Positions 9,291 to 19,700 of a stretch of 32,000 bases of DNA are shown here, piece by piece. The number at the start of each line of letters is the position of its first letter. Position 1 is the first letter of the stretch. This stretch comes from Pseudoalteromonas obscura. Its GTDB lineage: Bacteria > Pseudomonadota > Gammaproteobacteria > Enterobacterales > Alteromonadaceae. The DNA lies in the NCBI RefSeq assembly GCF_030135505.1, contig NZ_JASJUT010000017.1, positions 11,658 to 43,657 of the forward strand. Direction: 5' to 3'. The notes under the pieces are model-generated. The model was not told where the DNA came from and ran no database searches. It worked only from the letters and a program-made list of their open reading frames with translations. The translations under genes and the position numbers were made by a program.

Positions 9291-10532
9291 TCAAGGTTTA
9301 GTGATACACACCGCGGTGTTTATCCCGCCAAACCCGTAACTCAAACTCAGCGCTTGCTTGATGTTGGTTTCATGCCTAGTCGTCGCCACCCAATTAAAAT
9401 CTGTTTGTATGGGGTTTTCTAAATTTAAACTGGGGTGTAAAAATCCCTGTTCCATCTGGATCAAGGTCGCGATGATTTCAAGGCACCCAGCGGCACTCAG
9501 AGCATGACCAAAAAGGGACTTGGTCGCGTTCAATGGCGCACCACGCAGTCCTGTTTTGGCCAATGCCTGCAACTCGGTCTCATCTCCTAACACCGAGCCA
9601 CTGCCATGCGGATTGACATAATCAATGTCTGACGCCGTCATCGCTGAACAGTGCAATGCCTGTTGGATCACTGCGACTTCCCCAGCCAAAGAGGGATCTG
9701 GATTGCGATTACCATCCATCACCACTGCGCAGCCAGGTATAGCGCCGCGTAGGTGAACCCCTCTTTGCAATGCGTGCTGATGGCGTTCAAGTACTAATAC
9801 GCCACAGCCCTCACCATAAATAAAGCCATCTCGTTGTTGGTCAAAAGGTCGACAAGCCTGAGTGGGCGCATTGGCAAATCGACTGCTCCCCATGGCACCT
9901 AAAGAGGAAAATGCATGACATTCCCAGTAGGATAAATCCATCAAAGCGCCAACCACAACGCATACATCCAGTGCCCCACTTGTCACCGCTTTTGCCGCTT
10001 CAATTACCGCCAGTTGTCCACTGGCGGAGGCTCCGCCGAGCGAAAAAGCACTGCCGCGTATGTCAAATAGCTCAGTACAGATCCCACAGATATCTGAATC
10101 CATGAAATTTAATGCATAGCTGGGCTGAATAAAATACGGTGCATTTTTACGCTTGTCACGCAAATTATTTAAGTGTCGCTGCTGTACATTGCTGCCACCG
10201 ACAATCAGGCCTATTTTTTCAGGCTCAACGGTATCTAGTTTAGCATCAGTCCACGCCTGCTGCAGCGCCACCACTGCCGCTTTCGCACTCAGTGAAAAAG
10301 TACTCAGGTTATGTGCATCAAACTGTTTTGGCATCACCAGTGGCGCAAGCTCTGCGCCAATAAATGGGTCGTCAAAACAGCGCCCTTCTCGGGCCATATA
10401 TGAAAACGCCGAAGTGCCTTTTTTCAGTGCCTGAGAGATGGCTGCAATGTCCTGCCCGATCGCAGTCACGGCCCCCATGCCAGTGATCAGCGCAGGCGCA
10501 TTACGCATATTAGCGGCGATTGAGTCTGTCAT
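9291..10532 (-). CDS. Free-standing ketosynthase-like decarboxylase (KS with active-site Cys replaced by Ser), MupG/PksF-like
   Basis: 413-aa FabF-like ORF. The active-site region reads SLGGASASGQLAV, with Ser where Cys is expected. Both His motifs are retained (NPHGSGS, LFGHALSAAG). The ATG at 10532 overlaps the upstream ACP by 23 nt. An alternative ATG at 10508 lies just after that stop. Confidence 0.9.
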   Translation of the reverse strand: MTDSIAANMRNAPALITGMGAVTAIGQDIAAISQALKKGTSAFSYMAREGRCFDDPFIGAELAPLVMPKQFDAHNLSTFSLSAKAAVVALQQAWTDAKLDTVEPEKIGLIVGGSNVQQRHLNNLRDKRKNAPYFIQPSYALNFMDSDICGICTELFDIRGSAFSLGGASASGQLAVIEAAKAVTSGALDVCVVVGALMDLSYWECHAFSSLGAMGSSRFANAPTQACRPFDQQRDGFIYGEGCGVLVLERHQHALQRGVHLRGAIPGCAVVMDGNRNPDPSLAGEVAVIQQALHCSAMTASDIDYVNPHGSGSVLGDETELQALAKTGLRGAPLNATKSLFGHALSAAGCLEIIATLIQMEQGFLHPSLNLENPIQTDFNWVATTRHETNIKQALSLSYGFGGINTAVCITKP

Positions 10533-10776
10533 GCAAGAGATCTATCAGTTCATCCAAATTGGTCGCCGACATGGTGTCAGTCATCGGTATTCTGAGTGAC
10601 AATGCCGCCAAAATATCCACGATAATTTCAACCCGCTCCATCGAGTTCACACCCAAAGCGGCTAAGCTATCGCCCTGCTTAAACGTATGATCTTGCAAAG
10701 AGGGGACTAGCTGACGAATACAATCTAACACCACTGTTTGTACCTGACTTCTTTCGACATTGACTGCGATATTCAT
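10510..10776 (-). CDS. Discrete acyl carrier protein, donor ACP of the beta-branching cassette (mAcpC-like)
   Basis: 88-aa ORF with the phosphopantetheine motif LGVNSMERVEI. Its ATG overlaps the TGA of the upstream PKS gene (ATGA at 10773-10776). Confidence 0.88.
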   Translation of the reverse strand: MNIAVNVERSQVQTVVLDCIRQLVPSLQDHTFKQGDSLAALGVNSMERVEIIVDILAALSLRIPMTDTMSATNLDELIDLLHDRLNRR

Positions 10777-13700
10777 AGTACTTCTTCCATCTGTTTATGT
10801 TCTTTATGTTGACCGGCCACACCTAAGTGTGCGTCTTGTGTCGCCTCATCGCTGCGCTGTGCAGCTTGTAAGGCTCGGATTATTTCCTGCGCTTGTTGCA
10901 TCCCTTTGCTCTCTAACTGGCTTTGGATATACCCGGAAAAACTTTCCAACGTGTTGTGTTCATAGACGATATCGGCGTTCAAACTGAGCTGCATGGTCTG
11001 ATTGATCACCTTAATCCACTCCATCCCGGTAATTGAATCCAGCCCTAGATCCGCAAATCGAGTCGCCGCTTTGATTTCCTGCTCAGCCATCATCAAAACC
11101 GTTGCCAACGACGTGCGCAAAAAGTCTAACGAGGTGTACTCACTCGGCGCTTGCAATGACACCGATGAGTCGAGCTGCGCAGCATCACCTGTCGATGTCT
11201 GTGGCTCAGCAAACAGCGAAGTCAGATACTGAGAAAACGCTGCTGGCGTCGGGTGTTCATATACCGCATTAGCCTCAATGTGCGTGCCAAAATGGTTATT
11301 AATGGCGCGGATCCATTCAACCCCAACAATCGAGTCTAAGCCCAAATCAACAAAGCGAGACTGCGCGCGAATATCCCCCGCATCGAGCAACAAAGCATTT
11401 GCCAAGGTGGCGATAACGGTATTGATCACCGCCTCATCATCTGCCGCTTCTTCTTGCGCGGGTGTAGACAGCGCTGTTTCCGTCATTTCAGGCTGCACTG
11501 CCGACGCCTCGCAAGCCCCACTTTGCTGCAAGTGCGCATGCAACTGATTGATGCTAGGGTATTCATGTACGCGCTCGACTGCCAACGCCAAATTATACTG
11601 AGCATTGATGGCACGTACCCACTCTACACCAACGATGGAGTCTAAGCCAATATTTGAAAACGGCGTATTGTCGGATATTTCATCTTCGTTCATCATTAAC
11701 GCCTTGGCCAAACTCGCTCGTAAAAAGTCCTTGCTGAAGGTATCTGTGCCTTCGCAAGCATGGGCCTTAGGCGTTTCATTCACTGTCACCATCTCTACGG
11801 ACGAATCCAACTGAGGTGCAGGGGTTTGCGCCTTTTCAAGCGGCCGAGCAGGCGCTGTTAACGCGACTTTTTTCACCGCAAACAGCTGCGGATCGACTAA
11901 TTGTATCTTACCCGATTTGCGCTCCTGTGGTGCTGGTAAAGCAGGTGTATTGCGCGATAGTGCATTCACCATCTGAGCACGTAACGCTTCATCACTGGCT
12001 GGTTTCCAGTAGCGTTTTGCCACAAATGGATAGGTCGGCAAGCTGATTTTCACCGGGCTCTGGTGATCATATAAAGCATGCCACTGAATCTCTCTCCCTC
12101 GCAACCAGGCACTGACAAGCTCTTTACAACGCACATCTCTTTGCGCTTCATCGGTGCGCTTGATGGTACTTAAAAAGCTTGGGTCTAGTGGCGTAGACTG
12201 CGCTTGGTTTTCGTCAGCAACTCCCGTGCATACCAGGCTATTCAACCAACTTTCAGCTTCCGCTGGCACACTGTCAGCGGCTAAGAATCGCTCTAACCCT
12301 GTGTGTATCTCTGCCAAGTCGCCAGCCATGCATGCCAATCGGTAGTCAAATGTTTCGCGACCCGTTTGCAAGGTATATGCAATGCGCTGTACATCGTCTT
12401 GAGATAGCTGCTCACGCCTTAAATGGTGCAGTAGATTACTGGCCATCTCTTTGAGCTGTTCGTGACTTCTGGCAGATAGTGTGATCACTTGAAGGTGCGA
12501 TCTATTGTTTCCGTGTTGCTCTACCTGTTTAGGCGCTTCTTGTACAATCAGGTGGGCATTTGAGCCCCCAGCACCAAACGATGACACTCCAGCAATACGC
12601 GGGGCATCATCACGACTTGGCCATGGCGCCAGCTGCTGTTGCACAACAAATGGGGACTGCGCAAACTCAATTTTGGGGTTTATCTGTTCACTGTGCAATG
12701 AAGGCACGAGTTGCTGGTGTTTCATTTGCAACAGCACCTTGGTCAGACCCGCGATGCCCGCAGCACTTTCACAGTGGCCAATATTGGACTTCACAGAACC
12801 AATTGCGCAGAGATGGTCTTTGTTTTTATCGGTTGAGAACGCTTTATTTAAAGCGGCCACTTCAATGGGATCTCCCAGCGAAGTCCCCGTACCATGTGCC
12901 TCCAGATAACTGATCTCCTGAGGCCTAACCTTGGCTTGTGCCAATGCCCGAGCGATCACCGTCTGCTGAGCCGTGGGGCTAGGAACAGAGTACCCATAGG
13001 TTCTGCCGCCATGATTGACCGCACTGCCTTTGATCACGCCGTAAATATTGTCGCCATCTTGCAGTGCTTCACGCAACGGTTTGAGTAGCACCGCCCCTAC
13101 ACCTTCACTGGGCACAAATCCGTCCGCCTCAGCGCTAAAGGTTTTACAGCGACCAGTTTGCGATGCAAACCCGCCATATCCCAGCATCAAGTATTTTGCA
13201 GGGTGAATAGACACATTGACGCCGCCAGCAATGGCCGCTTTGCACTCACCGCTGAGCAAGCTTTGACAAGCTAGGTGAATGCTGGTCAGTGATGACGCAC
13301 ACATGGTATCAATGGCCAAACTCGGACCGTGAAAGTCACAAAAGTAGGATACACGATTGGCAATAGACGACGGGCTCATTGACAATACCATAGGCCGGCC
13401 CAACATGGTTTCCTGCGCACCATACAGTTGATATTCCTGATAAGTCACCCCAACATACACACCGACCGCACCGGGTGTCCCATCGAGTGCAGTGTTTTGT
13501 GCCAAAGACGCCCTGCTATAGCCTGCGTCTTCTATTGCTTCATAGGCCGTTTGTAAAAACAGCCTTTCCTGTGGTTCGATGATTTCAGCTTCGCGAGGTG
13601 AAATATTAAAGAAGCTCGGATCAAACTTATCTACGCCATCGATAAAACCGCCCCACTTTGCATACGTTTTGCCAGGTTTGCCTTTTTCCGCATCATAATA

Positions 13701-16700
13701 ATGACTATGAGCCCAGCGGCTGATTGGCACCTCCGTGATGCAGTCTTGGCCCCCAGCTAACACCTGCCAAAACGCTTGCAGTGTATTTGCTTGAGGGTAA
13801 CGTCCTGATATACCGATGATAGCAATATCCGTATCTTGTGCATCTCCACTTTGTTCTGGGCGAGCGCTAGCGACGGACTCTCTTTGCGGTTCAATCGATT
13901 CAGACGAGCTGGTTGTGCGAGGGGCATCACTCGAACTGGTGGGGGGAATGAGGTGTGCCTCAAGTTGACTGCGGTGTGCAGTCAACATGTATTCAGCCAA
14001 TTGCGCGATTGTGTGATATTCAAAAAATAGGGTTTTTGGCAGTGTCCCATAGACAGATTCCAATTTATTGGTCAGCTTGGTCACCACCAAAGAGTCAATT
14101 CCCAGCTCATCAAAACCTGTATCCTGCCCAAGCTTCTCCTTTGCATACCCCGTCACTTGTGAGATCAGCGCGGTCAACTGTTCACATACTGACGCCAGTA
14201 AGACACCCTCATCGGCAGATGATAAGGCACCAGAGTGCCCTTGCACCCGCGTTTTGCCCGTTAAGGAGTCGCTGTACGCCTCGAGCAAGTCATGTAATGT
14301 ACGATAGGCGTTCGCGGTATTTAAGCTGAAATCATGATCACAATGCTGATTTAACTCATTGACAATGGCATGTAACTCTACGATACCGAAACCTTGCTCA
14401 TCCAGCCCAACATGCAGGTCAATTGCACTCGGTGCCACACCGACAACCACCGCGGCCGCGGCGGTAAATCGCGACATCAGTTCACGCTGCACTTGGCCAT
14501 TATTCGGTTGCGTGGCTTTGCTTGGCAGTGCGATAGGCGCTGCCGCACCAATTGAACGAGAGAAGTGCTGTTCAAGTTTTGCCGTATCGCCAGCAATTGC
14601 TATGGTGCGAGTACGCGCTTGGCGCATCACTTGATACAACACCGACAATCCCGCATCGCGCTCAATAGGCTGCATACCTGACATGTCGTATAGTGCTGCG
14701 AGAATATCATCAGATACTTGCATCCCGCCATCACGCCACAGCCCCCAGCCGATAGCACAACTTTGACCAAAACACAGACCCTGCTCAACGCGCTGTTGTC
14801 GCTGCTGCGCATACAGATCCATAAAGGCATTGGCGGCAGCATAATCTCCCTGTCCAACATTACCAACCATGGAAACCGCTGAGGAGAACAGCACAAAGTG
14901 CTCCAGCTTTATCTCTTCACACGCTTGTCCCAAGTGCCATGCACCATAGGTTTTTGGCGCGAGGACTCGTCGAATGCTTTGTGCATCTTTATTGCGTAAT
15001 AGGCCGTCTTGAATAACTCCTGCACAGTGCAACACCGCATTGATCCCACCATGCTCACGCACGGTATTTTGAACCAAGGTTGTCACTGCATCGAGCGCGG
15101 TCAGATCCACTGTCTCATAGCGCACCGTCGCGCCCATTTCTTTCAAACGGGCGAGTTGATTATCTCTGTCTACATCCAGAGGCCGCTGACCCGTTAAAAT
15201 CAAGGTAGGTGCCTGCACTTTTTGCGCAATATCGCACGCACACAAATACCCCAGCTGACCCAGTCCTCCCGTGATCAAATACACCCCTTGATCGCGCCAC
15301 GGATGAGGCACAGGCACTGTATCAAGCACATCCAGATCGCATGCCATCAATTGCGATGCCTCAGCTTTGAACCAGTGACAATGCCTTTGCTGTTTCGCCT
15401 GATCAAGCAAGTTAAATACCTGTTCTTGTGGCAAGTTCGCAGGCAACTCAATGAGTTGCCCTGTAACATTGTCGTTTTCCAAAGAGCACGTTTTCAACAG
15501 TGCCGACATCGCGGGTAAAGTTGACTGTAAGCTCGGCTCTAGAGGAACCACAACTTGCAAAATTTTATGTGACCTACCCTTGTCGCGTATAATGGCTTCA
15601 AATCGCGCCGTCAATTGAATACAAAATTGCGTAAAACTGGTAGCAGGATGTGCCGTCGAACTGGACAGGTGGACAATCCCCTCTCGTGCCGACAAGGCCG
15701 GGTAATCACACAGTACAATATGTTGCTCGATATCTTCGTCCAGCGGCTCATTGTGCATCTCATCCAGTGCCCGCCAACTCGGTGTCATCAGCAGTACCCC
15801 CGCAGCACTGTCTGTTGCCGATGCTGCTAACGGGCCATCATCTCGGGCCGTTACGGGCACAAGCATCGGCGCTTTTGGAATGTCAATCTGTGCAAAAGGA
15901 TAGCCGGGTAAACTAACGCGCTGATATTGTGTGGGCTTGCTAGGAAGCCAATCGATTTCACCCCCTTGGGTCCACAACTCAGCGATATATTGAAACTTTC
16001 TCTCTGCGAGCCAATGCCTTACCAGCTGTTGTGCAGAAGACTCCTGAAATAGCGCCTCAACCCCTCGGTTTTTATCTACTTTGCCTTGCCACAGCTGTGC
16101 ACTCTCAGTACCCTGCTTATAGGCTTTGAGCATCTCAAGCAAGGCGTCTAACGAGTCAACTTCACACGCCATACGGTATGACATGGCTTCTCTGCCCGCC
16201 TGCAAGGTATAGGTCATATTGGCCAGCGATATGGATGGTTGCTCAGTCAAAAAGTTGATGTACTTGTCCACATAACGCGCCAATCCCGACTCGCTTTTTG
16301 CAGACAAGACAAATAAATAAGATGACTCAAGCGCAGTGCTTTGCGCAGCAGTAGGCGCTTCCTCAACCACAATATGTGCATTGCTGCCGCCAGCGCCAAA
16401 CGACGACACCCCAGCGCGTCGCTTCGCGTTTCTCGAAGCCGTATCCAGCTGCCAATCTGTCAGCGAGTGCTGCAATTTGAACGCAGAGGCTGCAAAATCA
16501 ATATGTGGGTTTGGTTGTTCGGCGTTTAAGGTCGGCGCAAGCTTTTTATGATGCATTTGCAATAACACTTTTGTCAGCCCTGCAATGCCCGCAGCCGCTT
16601 CAAGGTGGCCAATATTGGTTTTTACCGAGCCTAGCGCGCAAAATTGCTGTGCCGATGTACCCGCTTTGTAGGCCTCATCTAAGCCCTTAAACTCTACCGG

Positions 16701-19700
16701 ATCCCCGAGTAAAGTGCCGGTGCCATGCGCTTCAACATAGTTGATATCCGCAGCGCAGAGCCCGGCTCTCGACAGGGCAGTACGAATAAGGTTTTGCTGC
16801 GCTAATGGGCTCGGTACTGTGTAGCCGTTGACCTTACCACCGTGGTTTATTGCCGTACCGCGGATAACCCCATAAATGTGATCACCATCAGCAATGGCTT
16901 TGGCCAAGGGTTTTAATAACACCGCGCCCACACCTTCACCGGGCACAAACCCATTTGCCTGCGCGCCGAACGCACTTAACGTACCATCTTTGGACAATAC
17001 ATTAAGCCTAGTGAACTCAGCAAATGTGGAGGGGTGCGTATAGGCATTCACGCCGCCGGCAACAGCCACATCACACTCTCCGGCATAGAGATGCAGGCAA
17101 GCTTCATGGATGGCAGACAAAGACGACGAACACGCGGTATCGACAGGCATACTCGGGCCGCCAAAATTAAAGCGGTAAGAGATCCGATTGGCCGCTGAAA
17201 AATAAGAGTCCTTATAATTGTCAAATCCAGCTTTAGAGATCCCGACAAAGACGCCGACCGTATCACGCTCCAATGCCTTGGTGGTGTAACCAGCATCTTC
17301 AACGACATGCCAAGCGCACTGCATAAAGAGCCGCTCTTTAGGACTCATATACGCAGCTTCAAAAGGCGGTAAATTGAAAAACTCATTGTCGAAATAATTG
17401 AGCCCGTCTAAAAACCCGCCCCACTTTGCCGCCGCTTTAAAACTGTCTCCTTCGCCATCAGCTTGTGCGTCAAAGTACGCTGCAATGGGCCAGCGTTCAT
17501 TGGGGATCTCTCGAATGCTGCTTTTACCAGCAGCCAAGTTTTGCCAAAACTCAAACACATTGTCCGCATCTGGATATTGTCCAGCAAGCCCGATGATGGC
17601 AATGGGTTGTCTCGTGAACGACGGCTTACTCGCGGTGAATTTCCGGCGTGCACCCGAACCGCTCGTTGACTGCTGAAAATGCCGTTTACAATGGTCAATC
17701 AACTTGGCGGGGGTTGTTGCTTCAAACAACACCGCAGGATCTATCTGGGTGGCTAATTTCTCACTCAATGCTTTTGACACCCTAGATACCAATAAGGAGT
17801 CAAACCCCATATCGCTAAATTCCCGCTCAAGGTCAATGTCCCGCTCTGAAACGCGCAAATGTTCAGCAAGTATTGCAATCAATATTTTTGCAATGCGATG
17901 CTCATCATCGCCTGTCGGTGCTGGCTCTATAGTGATGTCCATCGCGGTATCGAGTGTCTGTGGCGCTATATCGGGTGCTATCCAATAGCTTTTTAGGTTA
18001 AATTGTGTGCCTGGCAGATGCACGCGCTGACGCTCTTCGGGCACCATTTCAGGCCACTCACAATGGCCGGTTTCCAGCCATTGTGCCGCAATCGGTTGAG
18101 CCTGCTCGCCAAGCTCTTGACTGTGTCCATGTTCAAAAACATTTGAATTCGCTCGCGCTTGCAACACATCTTCGATCTGTTGCAATAGCTGCTCTCTCGA
18201 TGATGCCAAAAAGATGCAACGATAGTCATGGCTGTCTCGGCCGTGTCGCAATGTGAATGCCAGATGTGAAAGTGGATATGCACGCTGGTTTAATACCTCG
18301 CGTAGCGCAGTGAGTTGGGCGGTGAAACACGCTTTATTCAGTGCTGACACCGGCAGCGCCCAAACTTGCTCACCTTCGGGCTCCCCCTTAACACTTGGCT
18401 CAGACTCCCGATCTAGACCTTCAATTAACACGTGGGCATTATTGCCACCTGCCCCATACGCATGGATCCCCGCCAGTCGATTGCGCGACGTCTTTGGCCA
18501 CGGTATGGTATCTGTTGCCAATTGACAGACACTGTGCTTGGGATCAATATCCGCACTGATCTGGTCAATACCGAGTATCTTGTGTATTTTTTCGCTTTGC
18601 AAACTATGAATGACTTTAAACAAAGCGCCCAATGAAGACGCTGAGTGCATATGGCCGATCATCGGTTTTAAAGTACTCACTTTGCACTGAGCTGGGCGCA
18701 ATGCGACTCCCTGTTGCTGCGCTAGGTTATTAAGTGCAAGGTTAAATGCATCCCACTCGCAAATATCGGCAACCGGATTACCCATGCCCTGAGCTTCTAT
18801 ATAGTCGACCTCTCGCGGATCTATGTTGGCCTTGGCGTAACATGCTTGGATCAGAGATGCATGTGCATTGGTATTGGGCGCAGCAATCGACGCAGAACGA
18901 TTGCCATTATAATTTACCGCTGAATTTTTGATCACGGCATAGATAGCATCCCCATCTTTGCGCGCACGAGAATAGGGTTTAAGTAAAATACTGGCCACCC
19001 CTTCCGCTCGTAAATAGCCATCAGCATCACTGCCAAATGATTTCACTGTCGGTGTTGGACTCATCTGTTGCGATTGCGACAACTTAACGAAGGTATCTGG
19101 TCGCAGCAATAGATTCGCCGCCCCGACTATGGCCTGATCAATCTCCCCCGCGCGCAGTGCAACCACAGCTCTGTGTATCGCCACCGCAGCACCAGAGCAC
19201 ATTGTGTTAACCACTTCACTGGGACCTGAAAAATCAAAATAGTACGAAATATTATTGGCAATCATACTGTCCGATTGATGTAGACTCTCTCCAGTATCAT
19301 AACCCGACTCAATCAAGTTCAATAAATATTCATTGCGTTCAAAACCAACAAAGACCCCTGTATTTGAGCCTTTCAGTGCTTGCGGACGATAACCTGCATT
19401 TTCCAACGTGTTATACACCGACATCAATAACAAACGTTGCTGGGGATCCATACGCTCTGCATCATCGGGTAATAACTTAAAAAAATGAGGATCAAAACTT
19501 TGGATATCGGGAATAAATCCCCCCCAACGACACCGCATTTTATCTGGCTGAGCTTCCTCGGTTTGCACTTCATCAGCATATAAATGCCAGTCAAAACGCG
19601 ATTGAGGGATTTCCTCAATCAGAGACTCATCTTTATCTAAATGCCGCCAAAACTCAGCCACTGATTGGCAACCGGGTAAATACCCTTCTAACCCCACAAT

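Noticed and set aside
3117-19618. Dozens of 60-140-aa ORFs in the track that lie antisense or out of frame inside the large minus-strand PKS/HCS genes (for example 4986-5393, 7507-7932, 12505-12909, 13955-14329, 15222-15518).
   Set aside because: Each is fully embedded in a frame with unambiguous KS, KR, ACP or ECH motifs on the other strand. Their translations are low-complexity or Arg/Cys/Ser-rich with no recognisable motif or ribosome binding site. They are typical shadow ORFs.
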